NCBI GenBank assembly: GCA_032117915.1
Contig: JAULYI010000259.1
Location: 1-54,098 of the forward strand
DNA: 54,098 bases
Origin: Candidatus Kapaibacterium sp.
GTDB lineage: Bacteria > Bacteroidota > Ignavibacteria > Kapaibacteriales > Kapaibacteriaceae
Reading direction: 5' to 3'
The translations under genes were made by a program, and so were the position numbers. The notes below the pieces were generated by a model. The model was not told the origin of the DNA. It made no database searches and saw only the letters and a program-made list of their open reading frames with translations. Below are positions 1 to 9,431 of this stretch, in pieces. Every line of letters starts with the position of its first letter. The stretch's first letter is position 1.

Positions 1-511
1 CGTAGGTGAGGCAGAAAGAAGGCATCAGCGTCTTGATGATTGCCACGTCCGCTAAATAGCGAATGCAGACTATGCATACTCCAGGCACCAAGGCACGCAA
101 CCGATCCGTATCGTGTGCACACAGCGTACCGTCTTACAAACCTACGCACGTATATACGGAGGCATCAGCAAGCAAACGAACACACAACGATACGTCTACA
201 TCCTTCATACTTGACATACCTTTTTCCGGTTTGCTCTAGTCGGTCATTGTTTTCCAATCAAGTAGTTCCTTCCGAATATTCATAACCTGCAATCTCTTGG
301 CAGACTGCCAGCTCCATGATCGCAGACTCTGCCCAATCCGATAATATCCGTTCTATAAACATGGTTTATCTCGAGGTTCAGGAAGGGGCATTGTTCGAAC
401 GCGAGGCGCGTTCCTTGCCCCTTCGCAGCCAATGACGAACAATGGAGTTTGTCAAAGACACTGTTCTGCCGATCTTCGTGGCCATTCTTTCATGACATTG
501 AAGACACCCAC

Positions 512-1177
512 GTGCGACTACAACTACGAATCAGCTGCACAATTGCAGCCGTCATGGCGCTTGTTGTGATAACAGCATGCAGTGATACAACGACAACGAC
601 GCCAACAGAGCCAACCGAATCCGAAGTAACGATCGGGTCGCAGACGTGGATGACACGAAATCTCGACGTTGCTTTCTTTCGAAATGGCGACACTATTCCC
701 GAGGTTAGGACCAATGCTGAATGGACGCAAGCTGCACGAGAACAACGGGCAGCATGGTGCTACTACAACAACGATCCTGCTAATGGTAAGCAATACGGCA
801 AGCTGTATAACTGGTATGCGGTGCACGATCCGCGGGGTCTTGCCCCCACTGGAATGCGCGTTGCAACGCTAAACGATTGGCAGTTGCTTGTTCAGGAGCT
901 AGGCGGCGGCCAGAAGGCCGGACTGTACCTTAAGGCCTCAGTTGGCTGGGCCAACGTTTCCAATGGCAACAACAGCAGCGGCTTCTGGGCCGTACCGGGA
1001 GGCGCACGGGATAACGATAACTTTGGACTGCTTGGCACGTTTGCCTCGATCTGGACATCCACAGACGACGATAGTCTGCATGCATGGCATGTTATCCTGA
1101 GCAGTTCTGGCAAGGATGTACTGACGTACAGTCAGGAAAAATCAAGAGGACGCTCCGTTCGCTGCATCAAGGAGTAA
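512..1177 (+). CDS. Lipoprotein with Fibrobacter succinogenes major paralogous (FISUMP, TIGR02145-like) domain
   Basis: ORF 449..1177. It carries the hallmark FISUMP motif series: TIGSQTWMTRNLDV, FRNGDTIP, AAWCYYNNDP, YGKLYNWYAV, GLAPTGMRVAT..DW, NSSGFWAVPGG, GRSVRCIKE. In-frame GTG at 512 gives the signal peptide (M)RLQLRISCTIAAVMALVVITAC with a lipobox Cys. Alternative starts are TTG 449 and ATG 554. Confidence 0.85.
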   Translation: MRLQLRISCTIAAVMALVVITACSDTTTTTPTEPTESEVTIGSQTWMTRNLDVAFFRNGDTIPEVRTNAEWTQAAREQRAAWCYYNNDPANGKQYGKLYNWYAVHDPRGLAPTGMRVATLNDWQLLVQELGGGQKAGLYLKASVGWANVSNGNNSSGFWAVPGGARDNDNFGLLGTFASIWTSTDDDSLHAWHVILSSSGKDVLTYSQEKSRGRSVRCIKE

Positions 1178-1244
1178 GTGTCGCTCTCATGCAGCCGCAG
1201 ATTTCCTCATCACGCTTTCACAACCACCGCTGAGAGTACCATTC

Positions 1245-1901
1245 GTGCGCTATACTGGCCTTCTCTCGAACTTGCTTCTCCTGACGTTGATCTCGTGCGC
1301 AACACCGACCGAGGTTGCAGATATGTCAATCCCCACACAAGACGTTGTTACGATTGGTGTCCAAACGTGGACCACGCGCAATCTTGATGTGGGCGTGTTT
1401 CGCAACGGCGACTCCATTCCACATGCCGCAACGGATGAAGAATGGCAGAGGGCGGCACAAAGCAAGACGCCGGCTTGGTGTTACTACGATAACGACCCCA
1501 AGAACGCCTCGCGGTTCGGCAGACTCTACAATTGGTTTGCAGTGATGGATCCTCGCGGATTAGCCCCGAATGGATTTCATGTTCCAACGGATGCGGAATG
1601 GCAGATCTTGATCGACACGCTTGGTGGTGACGAGGATGCCGGCGGCGCCCTGAAAAACCAGACGGGTTGGGACGGCGGCGCAACAGAGCGCAACTCGGCC
1701 GGTTTCTATGCCAACCCCGGAGGCAGTCGACACTACGAAGGCGGCTTTAACTACTTCGGATCATTCGGCAACTGGTGGAGCACAAGCGAAAGAGATTCAA
1801 CCTTTGCGTGGGTTAGGAACATGTCGATGGACGACAACGACGTCAACCGATACTTCCTGCACAAGACGAAGGGCTTCTCCGTTCGCGTGCTTAAAGACTA
1901 G
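1245..1901 (+). CDS. Lipoprotein with FISUMP (TIGR02145-like) domain, tandem paralog of the upstream gene
   Basis: GTG start. Signal peptide MRYTGLLSNLLLLTLISC with lipobox. Same motif series as the upstream gene: TIGVQTWTTRNLDV, FRNGDSIP, PAWCYYDNDP, FGRLYNWFAV, GLAPNGFHVPTDAEW, NSAGFYANPGG, GFSVRVLKD. Confidence 0.88.
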   Translation: MRYTGLLSNLLLLTLISCATPTEVADMSIPTQDVVTIGVQTWTTRNLDVGVFRNGDSIPHAATDEEWQRAAQSKTPAWCYYDNDPKNASRFGRLYNWFAVMDPRGLAPNGFHVPTDAEWQILIDTLGGDEDAGGALKNQTGWDGGATERNSAGFYANPGGSRHYEGGFNYFGSFGNWWSTSERDSTFAWVRNMSMDDNDVNRYFLHKTKGFSVRVLKD

Positions 1902-2015
1902 GACCGCGGCAAGGTAGCGTCTGGAATGATCGTAGCATCATGCGTTGCAACATGAAAACCCACGGAGCACACCTGTTTGCTCCAGCCCACTGCATCCACC
2001 CTGCTTCGGAGTAGT

Positions 2016-2261
2016 ATGGCAACCGTAAATCTATCTACAGACGACCGTGAGCACCTTCGGACCACGCTTGCTAGCTACGTCGAGAGCGAACTTGGCCTAG
2101 AACTTGGTCGATTCGAAGCCGATTTCTTGGTTGACATGATCGTCGACACCTTCGGTCCGTACTTCTACAATGCCGGACTGCGTGATGCGCAGGCAGCACT
2201 GCTGCGCAGAATGGACGACATACGTAACGCCATCGATGAACTGGAGCGACCGACGTCGTGA
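2016..2261 (+). CDS. DUF2164 family small protein
   Basis: ORF 1977..2261. From ATG 2016 the 81-aa product (MATVNLSTDDREHLRTTLASYVESELGLELGRFEADFLVDMIVDTFGPYFYNAGLRDAQA...) fits the remembered DUF2164 pattern. Function unknown. Confidence 0.7.
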   Translation: MATVNLSTDDREHLRTTLASYVESELGLELGRFEADFLVDMIVDTFGPYFYNAGLRDAQAALLRRMDDIRNAIDELERPTS

Positions 2262-2286
2262 TTTGGTTCGACGCGTTCGTGCTCGA

Positions 2287-3690
2287 CTAGTCCTTATGAC
2301 TAACCTTGGTGAGATCCAAAATGGACTCCGGCGAGAACATCTGGTCGAGCTCTTCCTGTGACAGCAGACCACGTTCCAAGACAATGACGATAACACTCTC
2401 GCCTCGCTCGTAAGCTTCCCGTGCTATGCTTGCACAGGTCTTGTAGCCAAGCTTCGGTGTCAGTGCTGTTACGATACCAATCGTCTGCAGCACCATGTCT
2501 CGCGTTCGGTTGGCATTAGCCTCGATACCAACAACACATTTATCACGCAGGAGTGTGCACGCCCGCGTCATAATGCGTAGACTCTCGAACAAGCTATAGG
2601 CAATCACCGGCTCCATGACATTCAGCTGCAACTGTCCGGCCTCGGAGGCGAACGAGATCGTTACGTCATTGCCGATGACACGGAAACATACTTGGTTTAC
2701 GACTTCGGGGATCACCGGATTCACCTTACCAGGCATGATGCTTGAACCGGGTTGCAGTGACGGCAGATTGATCTCATTCAATCCGGCACGCGGCCCTGAA
2801 GAGAGCATACGCAGATCGTTACAGATCTTCGACAGCTTCACAGCCACACGTTTCAGCACGCCAGAGATCTGGACGTAGGCACCTGTATCCCAGGTTGCTT
2901 CGATCAAATTCGCACTTAGGGTTAGTGGGATACCAGTAACGTCGCGCAAGTGCCGTATAGCCACCTGCGGATAGCCATAAGGAGCCGTGATACTTGTTCC
3001 AATTGCTGTGGCACCGATATTCACCTCGGTTACCAGGGAACGCGCTTCCTCCAGTCGCTGGATATCCTCGTCGATTGTCGTAGCAAAGGCACCAAACTCC
3101 TGCCCCATCGTCATGGGTACCGCATCCTGCAGGTGCGTACGACCCATTTTTACAACGTCCTTGAACTCCATGGCTTTGGCAGCAAACGCATCGCGCAATG
3201 GGGCCATGGCGGCAGTAAGCCCGCCAATCTCGTGCCACAGAGCTATCCGGAAGGCTGTTGGATATGCATCATTGGTACTCTGCGATCGATTCACATGATC
3301 ATTGGGACTAACAACATCATATGCCCCTTTGGGATGTCCCAGAACCTCGAGTGCCTTATTCGCTATCACCTCATTCACGTTCATGTGCGTACTTGTACCG
3401 GCACCGCCCTGGATCACATCGACAACGAATTGGTCGTCAAGTTCTCCGCGCATCACAGCTTCCGAGGCAGCGACGATCGCATTGGCGACGACCGTATCAA
3501 GCACACCAAGTTCGTGATTCGTAAGCGCGGCGGCCTTCTTGACGGCACCAAACGCATGGACGAGAGATGGCGCCGTGCTAATCGGAATGCCCGTGATCGG
3601 GAAGTTCTCGATGCCACGCAATGTCTGAACACCATAGTACACATCATCGGGAAGGTGCCGCTCGCCCAGGAAATCCGTCTCTGTTCTCAT
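2287..3690 (-). CDS. aspA: Aspartate ammonia-lyase (class II fumarase/aspartase family)
   Basis: ORF 2287..3834. The likely start is ATG 3690 (MRTETDFLGERHLPDDVYYGVQTLRGIENFPI), which overlaps the upstream stop as ATGA. Signature GSSIMPGKVNPVIPE plus SQSTNDAYPTA and MNVNEVIAN favour aspartase over fumarase. Confidence 0.9.
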   Translation of the reverse strand: MRTETDFLGERHLPDDVYYGVQTLRGIENFPITGIPISTAPSLVHAFGAVKKAAALTNHELGVLDTVVANAIVAASEAVMRGELDDQFVVDVIQGGAGTSTHMNVNEVIANKALEVLGHPKGAYDVVSPNDHVNRSQSTNDAYPTAFRIALWHEIGGLTAAMAPLRDAFAAKAMEFKDVVKMGRTHLQDAVPMTMGQEFGAFATTIDEDIQRLEEARSLVTEVNIGATAIGTSITAPYGYPQVAIRHLRDVTGIPLTLSANLIEATWDTGAYVQISGVLKRVAVKLSKICNDLRMLSSGPRAGLNEINLPSLQPGSSIMPGKVNPVIPEVVNQVCFRVIGNDVTISFASEAGQLQLNVMEPVIAYSLFESLRIMTRACTLLRDKCVVGIEANANRTRDMVLQTIGIVTALTPKLGYKTCASIAREAYERGESVIVIVLERGLLSQEELDQMFSPESILDLTKVSHKD

Positions 3691-5087
3691 ATCGTCAAGT
3701 GCTCTCGATACGTTGGTAGATAAGGTGTCAACCCAAATCGCTGCTGTAGTTGTTCTGCCAGCACAGTCCTGGCATCGTCTTCTCCGTGTGTCAGGAACAC
3801 TTGTGGACGTGATCCGGCAAGGGGCGCGAACCAATCAAGAAGATCTGCCTGTCCGGCATGAGCAGAGAACCCGCCTAAGGTGTGGATCCGTGCTCTCACG
3901 GGTAGATGGTCACCAAGAACGTAGACCTCTGGCTGACCATCCACGAGACGCCTGCCAAGTGTACCATGAGCCTGATACCCCACGATGATGACGTGCGCAG
4001 CGGGATCAGAGAGGTTTTGGCGCAGATGATGCAGGATACGACCGGCCGTGCACATGCCGCTTCCAGCGATCAGAATAAACGGGCCGGAAACATCATTCAT
4101 GGCCTTCGACTCATCTGCGGTGGCCAGCAGACGCACCCCGGCCAGGTCCAGCATGCGTTGCCCGCCTAGGGCCAGCGCCGTTGCCTGCTCATCGAACAGC
4201 TCGGGATGACGGGCGTAAATGCCCGAGGCTTCGATAGCCATAGGACTGTCCAAAAACACCGGCACCTTAGGAATGGCATGATCGCGCATGAGTTCAGCCA
4301 GATGATAAAGCACCTGCTGTGAGCGACCGATCGCAAAACTTGGAATGAAGATCTTGCCACGATCAGCCACGGCCGCACTGATGATCTCGGCGAATTCACG
4401 TACCGTCTCGTCCAGCGGACGATGGTCTCTATCACCGTAGGTCGATTCCAGGACCACGACGTCAGCACGAGGCGGCGTGACCGGGTCCTTGAGGAATGGT
4501 AGTCCCTTCGGTCCGACATCTCCGGAAAACACCACCACCACCGTGCGATCGCCCTCGGTTACGACGAGTTCAATGGAAGCCGACCCTAGCATATGTCCTG
4601 CCTCGAACATCCGCATCGAAACGCCGGTGGCCACCTCTACGTACGTCTCGTACGGTGTCTCACGGAAGCGGTCAAGCGTCGATGCAACGTCGTTCGAATC
4701 ATACAGCGGCAAGTCCTGCCTGTTCAGGGATATCCCCTTCTTCAGCGCTTTGCGCTGTTTTCTCGCGACATCGGCTTCCATGATATGTGCCGCATCCATA
4801 AGGATGAGCTTAGCCATTTCTATGGTAGCGGCGGTTGCATAGATCGCACCGCGATAGCCGCGTCGCGTCAGCAACGGCAATCGACCGCAGTGGTCAAGGT
4901 GTCCGTGCGTAAGGATCACCGCGCTGAGATCCGGCGCGTGAAGCGTATGCGGAACGATGTTTCGTGCATCGTCTTCGGCATCACCCTGAAACATGCCGAA
5001 ATCGATGAGGACCTTTGCGTGCTCGGTCGTGACAAGGTAAGCCGACCCCGTCACCTCACCGGCAGCACCGAACGGAGTTATGTGCAT
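3687..5087 (-). CDS. MBL-fold metallo-hydrolase of the beta-CASP / RNA-metabolising type
   Basis: ORF 3687..5234, start ATG 5087 (MHITPFGAAGEVTGSAYLV). HxHxDH motif LTHGHLDHCGRLP. Beta-CASP-type C-terminal part with GGFSAHAGQADL. The 466-aa size is typical for this family. Confidence 0.85.
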   Translation of the reverse strand: MHITPFGAAGEVTGSAYLVTTEHAKVLIDFGMFQGDAEDDARNIVPHTLHAPDLSAVILTHGHLDHCGRLPLLTRRGYRGAIYATAATIEMAKLILMDAAHIMEADVARKQRKALKKGISLNRQDLPLYDSNDVASTLDRFRETPYETYVEVATGVSMRMFEAGHMLGSASIELVVTEGDRTVVVVFSGDVGPKGLPFLKDPVTPPRADVVVLESTYGDRDHRPLDETVREFAEIISAAVADRGKIFIPSFAIGRSQQVLYHLAELMRDHAIPKVPVFLDSPMAIEASGIYARHPELFDEQATALALGGQRMLDLAGVRLLATADESKAMNDVSGPFILIAGSGMCTAGRILHHLRQNLSDPAAHVIIVGYQAHGTLGRRLVDGQPEVYVLGDHLPVRARIHTLGGFSAHAGQADLLDWFAPLAGSRPQVFLTHGEDDARTVLAEQLQQRFGLTPYLPTYREHLTI

Positions 5088-5147
5088 GGTGGACAAAGAT
5101 ACATGCCGATGCAGTGATGCCGAGTGGCAAGTGGTATTTTGCGCGCC

Positions 5148-6917
5148 ATGTCCACCACCGAAGACCAGCGTCAGCCAATTGACTATCGGCTGATGCGTCG
5201 CCTGTTCCGCTTCCTGCGTCCGTATCGAATGCATATCACAGGTGCTGTGGTACTGACGCTCTCAGCATCAGCACTTGGCCCCTTACGACCCTACCTTACA
5301 CGCATCGCCGTCGATGAACACATCGTCAAGGGTGATATGCCGGGCCTGCTTTGGTTCGTCAGCATCATCCTAGTCGTCTTGGTGCTTCAAGGGGCGTTGC
5401 AGTACGCGCTGACGCAGGTATTAACGTGGATCGGACAGCACGTTCTGCTTGACATACGAACGGCACTGTATCGACACGTGCAGAAACTGGCCCTGCGCTA
5501 TTATGACACAACACCGGTTGGACGAATCGTTACGCGCGTGACGAATGACGTGGAAACGCTGAACGAGCTGTTCTCGCAGGGCATTGTCAATATGATCGCC
5601 GATGTGATGACCATCGTTTGGATCCTTGTGTTCATGCTGCAAACGAGCATCGTCCTGACAGGTCTTACCATCATCATTCTTCCGCTGCTGCTGATCGCGT
5701 CGTTTGTCTTCCGTGCGCGTGTGCGAGTCGTGTACGCGAAGATCCGTACGCAGGTATCTCGCATGAATACGTTCATGAACGAGTTCGTTTCCGGCATCGG
5801 AGTTGTACAACTCTATCGCCAGGAATCTCGGATGATCAATGACTTTGGCGAGTTGAATCGTGAACATCGTGAGCTGCAGGACAAGAACATTTTTTACTAC
5901 GCGACGTTCTTCCCCATCGTGGAACTCCTGAGCATGACTGCCGTGAGCATCGTGCTGTTTTATGCCGCTCAGCATATGGCCAGTGGCGAGATCACGATCG
6001 GTGTGATCATCATGTTCTTTCAATACACCGAAATGTTCTTTCGGCCGGTTCGCGACCTTTCGGAGCGTTACAACATTCTGCAAAGCAGTGTCATAGCTTC
6101 TGAGCGGATCTTCGACCTCCTCGATACATCGATCGTCGTCGACGACGCCGACGATGCCACGACGTTCGATCGATTGAAGCAGGGCATATCCTTCAGCAAT
6201 GTTCGCTTTAGCTACGACGGCACGACGCCCATTCTGAAAGGCGTTACGTTCGATGTGGCGAAGGGTGAAACGGTGGCCCTTGTGGGTGCAACCGGGGCCG
6301 GCAAGAGTTCGATCATCAACCTGCTGACCCGCTTTTATGAGTTTCAGGATGGCGACATCCTGATCGATGGTCGCTCGATCCGACGATGGAAGCAGGATTC
6401 GCTTCGCAGTCGCATCGCGATCGTGCTGCAGGACGTCTTTTTGTTCTCGCGCAGCGTCGAGCAGAACGTCGCGCTGGACCGCCCGGACATTGATCGTGCA
6501 GCCGTCGAACAGGCGGCTCGCGCCCTGGGTGCCTACGACTTCATAAAGGCCCTGCCTAACGGCTTCGACACCAATGTTCGTGAGCGTGGGGCCGTACTCA
6601 GCGTTGGACAAAAACAGCTGATCAGCTTCTGTAGGGCGCTGGCGACCGATCCCGACATCCTCATTCTGGATGAGGCAACCTCAAGCGTAGACACGGCTAC
6701 AGAACAGATCATTGAACGATCGATCCGAACGCTTCTGGCAGGACGTACCAGCATCGTCATCGCTCACCGACTGAGCACGATCCAGCGCGCAAACAGGATC
6801 ATCGTCTTACACCATGGAGAGATCGTGGAGCAAGGCACCCATGCAGATCTGCTGGCAAACGACGGGTATTATGCGAAGCTGCATCGTCTGCAGTTCGCCG
6901 GACAGCAACCAAGCTAA
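5148..6917 (+). CDS. ABC transporter, fused permease/ATP-binding exporter (MsbA/multidrug-type)
   Basis: ORF 5124..6917 (GTG 5124 or ATG 5148). N-terminal half is a six-helix ABC membrane domain. Walker A GATGAGKSS, signature LSVGQKQ, Walker B ILILDEATSSVD, H-loop IAHRLST. Confidence 0.9.
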   Translation: MSTTEDQRQPIDYRLMRRLFRFLRPYRMHITGAVVLTLSASALGPLRPYLTRIAVDEHIVKGDMPGLLWFVSIILVVLVLQGALQYALTQVLTWIGQHVLLDIRTALYRHVQKLALRYYDTTPVGRIVTRVTNDVETLNELFSQGIVNMIADVMTIVWILVFMLQTSIVLTGLTIIILPLLLIASFVFRARVRVVYAKIRTQVSRMNTFMNEFVSGIGVVQLYRQESRMINDFGELNREHRELQDKNIFYYATFFPIVELLSMTAVSIVLFYAAQHMASGEITIGVIIMFFQYTEMFFRPVRDLSERYNILQSSVIASERIFDLLDTSIVVDDADDATTFDRLKQGISFSNVRFSYDGTTPILKGVTFDVAKGETVALVGATGAGKSSIINLLTRFYEFQDGDILIDGRSIRRWKQDSLRSRIAIVLQDVFLFSRSVEQNVALDRPDIDRAAVEQAARALGAYDFIKALPNGFDTNVRERGAVLSVGQKQLISFCRALATDPDILILDEATSSVDTATEQIIERSIRTLLAGRTSIVIAHRLSTIQRANRIIVLHHGEIVEQGTHADLLANDGYYAKLHRLQFAGQQPS

Positions 6918-6929
6918 ACGTATCAACCG

Positions 6930-8447
6930 TTACTTCGAGCGGAGGATCTTGCTCGTGATCTGCTCCCAAATGGTCGTCAGCGAAACGTCATCCTTCTTCG
7001 GACGCTGCTTGGCCAACTCGTCAAGTGCGAGCGTATCCTGATCGCTGAGACGGTACCATGCCCCGGCTTTAATGGCATCGATGTTGAAAGGACCAACGCG
7101 GCTGCGCATCACTCGTAGCGGCTCGAGCTCCAAGGACTTCAACGCCGACATTACGTCACGGATCTTTCCGGTACGATGCGTGATCTTGATCCATCCTGCT
7201 CGACTACCCTTAGCGTGATGCGATATGTCAACGATCGCTGAATCCGCCGGCCAGGCCGCAGTAAGCGCCTTCTTGAGCTTTGTAAGCTCCGTCTTCTTTG
7301 GACTGCGATGAACCTTGATCAGTAGATCAGAGGTCAGCGCAGCCACGGGTGAATCAGCCACGCGCTTATGTGCGGGATCGTTCGAGAGCACGACAATCCC
7401 TGATGCAGCCTTTGTAAGCGAACCAAGCGGCATGTACCAACCGTTACGACTCGCAAGCGTCGTATACAGACTTGGACGCCCATCCTCACGCGATCCTGCC
7501 AGGCCGCTGGGCTTGTGGAACACGATCGTGATGGGCTTGGCTGATTTTCGAAGCAACACATTGCCATCGATCGTTAGCACATCGCTGTCGACCTTCATGT
7601 GCACGTTAGGATGAATGATCGTCTGCTCGTTGACCGCCACGCGGCCTTCCAGAATGGCCTTGAGCGAGAGTGCCCGCGATGCCCATTGGTAAGAGACAAG
7701 TGACTTTACGAGTGTGGACTTCGGTTGATGCAACGGCTGCTGTCTAGGACGGCCAAGCTGAGGACGGCGGCCGCCCCCTGCTGCCGCTGCATCGGCATCA
7801 AAACGTCGACGCTCTGAGCCACGTCCCTGTGACGGAGCATATCCACCCTTACGGGGCCCACCAGCGTTGCTTGCACGACCACGGGGTCCGGGGGCGCCGC
7901 CGGGACGGCTTGCACCATCACGACCACGGGCTTCGGTCCGATCTCGCCTATCCTGTCCCGCCGGACGTCCATCGCGCGGTCGCCCGTAGGCCGGCCCGGC
8001 CGTTCTGCGCGTGCCATCTGACGGTGCATCACGACGTGTTCGCGGTTGAAATCCCTGACTTCGATCGGAACGGTTGCCGTCGTCACGTTTGCGATCATCG
8101 AATGAGCGTTGTGGCCGCTGTCGATCGTCGCGTTCGGACCGCTCGCCGCGACTGCGGAAGGTGCGCGGCCCGCGACCGACTTCGCCGCCACTGTCACGCC
8201 TGTACGACGAAGCGCCAAACTGACTCCGATTGAATTGCTCACGGTTGAAATAGCCGTCGTCTGTATCACCGGATGTTCCATTGGAACTCTTCGCGTCCTC
8301 CGAAGACCATACACGGTTGGACGAAGAGGTAGCTCGACGCGCATCAGGCCCGAAAAACGCCGATTGGTCATCAGCGTTGCTGCGTGACGTATTCCGAGCA
8401 CGGTGTTGTGGGCGTTCGTCCGGCCCGTCTTGCTCAGGCAAGCTCAT
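6930..8447 (-). CDS. S4 + RsuA/RluB-type pseudouridine-synthase-like protein with ~235-aa Arg/Gly/Asp/Ser-rich N-terminal low-complexity region; catalytic GRLD motif replaced by GSLT
   Basis: The C-terminal ~270 aa align by eye to RluB/RsuA. The S4-like part is ASRALSLKAILEGRVAVNEQ, followed by FHKPSG, then PLGSLTKAASGIVVLSNDPAHKR where active enzymes have VGRLD..T.GLLLLTNDG, then WIKITHRTGKIRDVMSAL..RVGPF...L..GAWYRL. The N-terminal region is rich in RD, RG and RS dipeptides. Confidence 0.75.
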   Translation of the reverse strand: MSLPEQDGPDERPQHRARNTSRSNADDQSAFFGPDARRATSSSNRVWSSEDAKSSNGTSGDTDDGYFNREQFNRSQFGASSYRRDSGGEVGRGPRTFRSRGERSERDDRQRPQRSFDDRKRDDGNRSDRSQGFQPRTRRDAPSDGTRRTAGPAYGRPRDGRPAGQDRRDRTEARGRDGASRPGGAPGPRGRASNAGGPRKGGYAPSQGRGSERRRFDADAAAAGGGRRPQLGRPRQQPLHQPKSTLVKSLVSYQWASRALSLKAILEGRVAVNEQTIIHPNVHMKVDSDVLTIDGNVLLRKSAKPITIVFHKPSGLAGSREDGRPSLYTTLASRNGWYMPLGSLTKAASGIVVLSNDPAHKRVADSPVAALTSDLLIKVHRSPKKTELTKLKKALTAAWPADSAIVDISHHAKGSRAGWIKITHRTGKIRDVMSALKSLELEPLRVMRSRVGPFNIDAIKAGAWYRLSDQDTLALDELAKQRPKKDDVSLTTIWEQITSKILRSK

Positions 8448-8477
8448 GTTGTTACTCCCCTTGGATAGACGGATGGA

Positions 8478-9431
8478 TCACTCCGTCCATACTCCCATTG
8501 CGTAGAATTTTTCTCTTCGTTGTTCGACCAGCTGTTTGACTTCGACCGTTCCCAACCTTTCCAACTCCTCGGTGATAACCATGCGGAGCGTACTGAACAT
8601 TGTTTCCGGATCGCGATGAGCACCACCAACGGGTTCAGAAACGATCCTGTCGATCACGCCGTGCTGTATCAAGTCGTGAGCCGTAAGCTTCAGCGCCTCG
8701 GCAGCCTGCTCCTTGTACTCCCACGAACGCCACAAGATACTCGAACAGGACTCCGGTGCGATAACGGAATACCACGCATTCTCGAGCATCAGGATCCTGT
8801 CGCCAACCCCTATTCCAAGGGCGCCACCGGATGCCCCCTCACCGATAACGACGATAACGATCGGCACTCGAAGACTCGCCATTTGCAGGAGGTTTCGTGC
8901 GATCGCTTCTGCTTGGCCGCGTTCTTCAGCCTCGAGACCCGGATAGGCGCCAGGCGTGTCAAGGAGACAGACGATTGGCAACCCAAACTTCTCGGCCATG
9001 GCAAACAGACGATGTGCCTTGCGATACCCTTCTGGGTTAGGCATACCGAAGTTGCGATGGAGGTTTGTCTTCGTGTCGCGACCTTTCTGGTGGCCGACAA
9101 CAACAACAGATCGACCGCCGATGCGAGCCAATCCGCCAACGATCGCCGGATCATCTCGGAAAGCCCTGTCGCCATGCAGTTCGACAAAATCGTCGAAGGA
9201 TTGTGTGACGTAGTCGAGCGTGTACGGACGATCAGGATGACGGGCAATTTGGACACGTTGCCAGCGCGTCAGATTTCGATAGACGTCGGCACGAAGCTCC
9301 TGAACCTGACGCTCCAAGACTTCGATCTGCGGTGCGATATCAAGAGAGTCGGCAAGCGCACGCATTTCGTTGATCTTGGCTTCAAGATCTACGATCGGAC
9401 GTTCAAACTCTAGGATGACGTTACTGGCCAC
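8478..9431 (-). CDS. accA: Acetyl-CoA carboxylase carboxyltransferase subunit alpha
   Basis: N-terminus [24 protein letters not shown] and core [31 protein letters not shown]...[31 protein letters not shown] are canonical AccA. The GTG start overlaps the upstream stop by 11 nt. Confidence 0.93.
   Translation of the reverse strand: MASNVILEFERPIVDLEAKINEMRALADSLDIAPQIEVLERQVQELRADVYRNLTRWQRVQIARHPDRPYTLDYVTQSFDDFVELHGDRAFRDDPAIVGGLARIGGRSVVVVGHQKGRDTKTNLHRNFGMPNPEGYRKAHRLFAMAEKFGLPIVCLLDTPGAYPGLEAEERGQAEAIARNLLQMASLRVPIVIVVIGEGASGGALGIGVGDRILMLENAWYSVIAPESCSSILWRSWEYKEQAAEALKLTAHDLIQHGVIDRIVSEPVGGAHRDPETMFSTLRMVITEELERLGTVEVKQLVEQRREKFYAMGVWTE

Noticed and set aside
40-285. 81-aa ORF in the left-end non-coding region
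   Set aside because: The translation is low-complexity and motif-free, in an AC-rich stretch. It has no signal peptide and no convincing start context. I treat the region as non-coding (see the leader finding).
5421-6611. 396-aa ORF antisense to the ABC transporter gene
   Set aside because: It lies entirely opposite a gene with unmistakable Walker A/B and signature motifs. Its translation is Arg/His/Asp/Gln-rich with no recognisable motif. Long stop-free antisense frames are expected at this GC content.
7743-8447. Possible tandem DNA repeat or CRISPR-like periodicity in the Arg/Gly/Asp-rich coding region
   Set aside because: By eye there are only compositionally biased codons (cgN/gaY/ggN). 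I see no exact or regularly spaced DNA repeat units. This is protein-level low complexity rather than a repeat array.
8520-9413. 297-aa ORF antisense to accA. The same applies to 2950..3723 antisense to aspA, 7706..8401 and 7829..8233 in other frames within the Arg-rich region (one same-strand, one antisense), 41284..41958 antisense to rsmE, and 36054..36638 antisense to the receptor gene.
   Set aside because: Each one overlaps a confidently identified gene on the other strand or in another frame, and none has recognisable domains.
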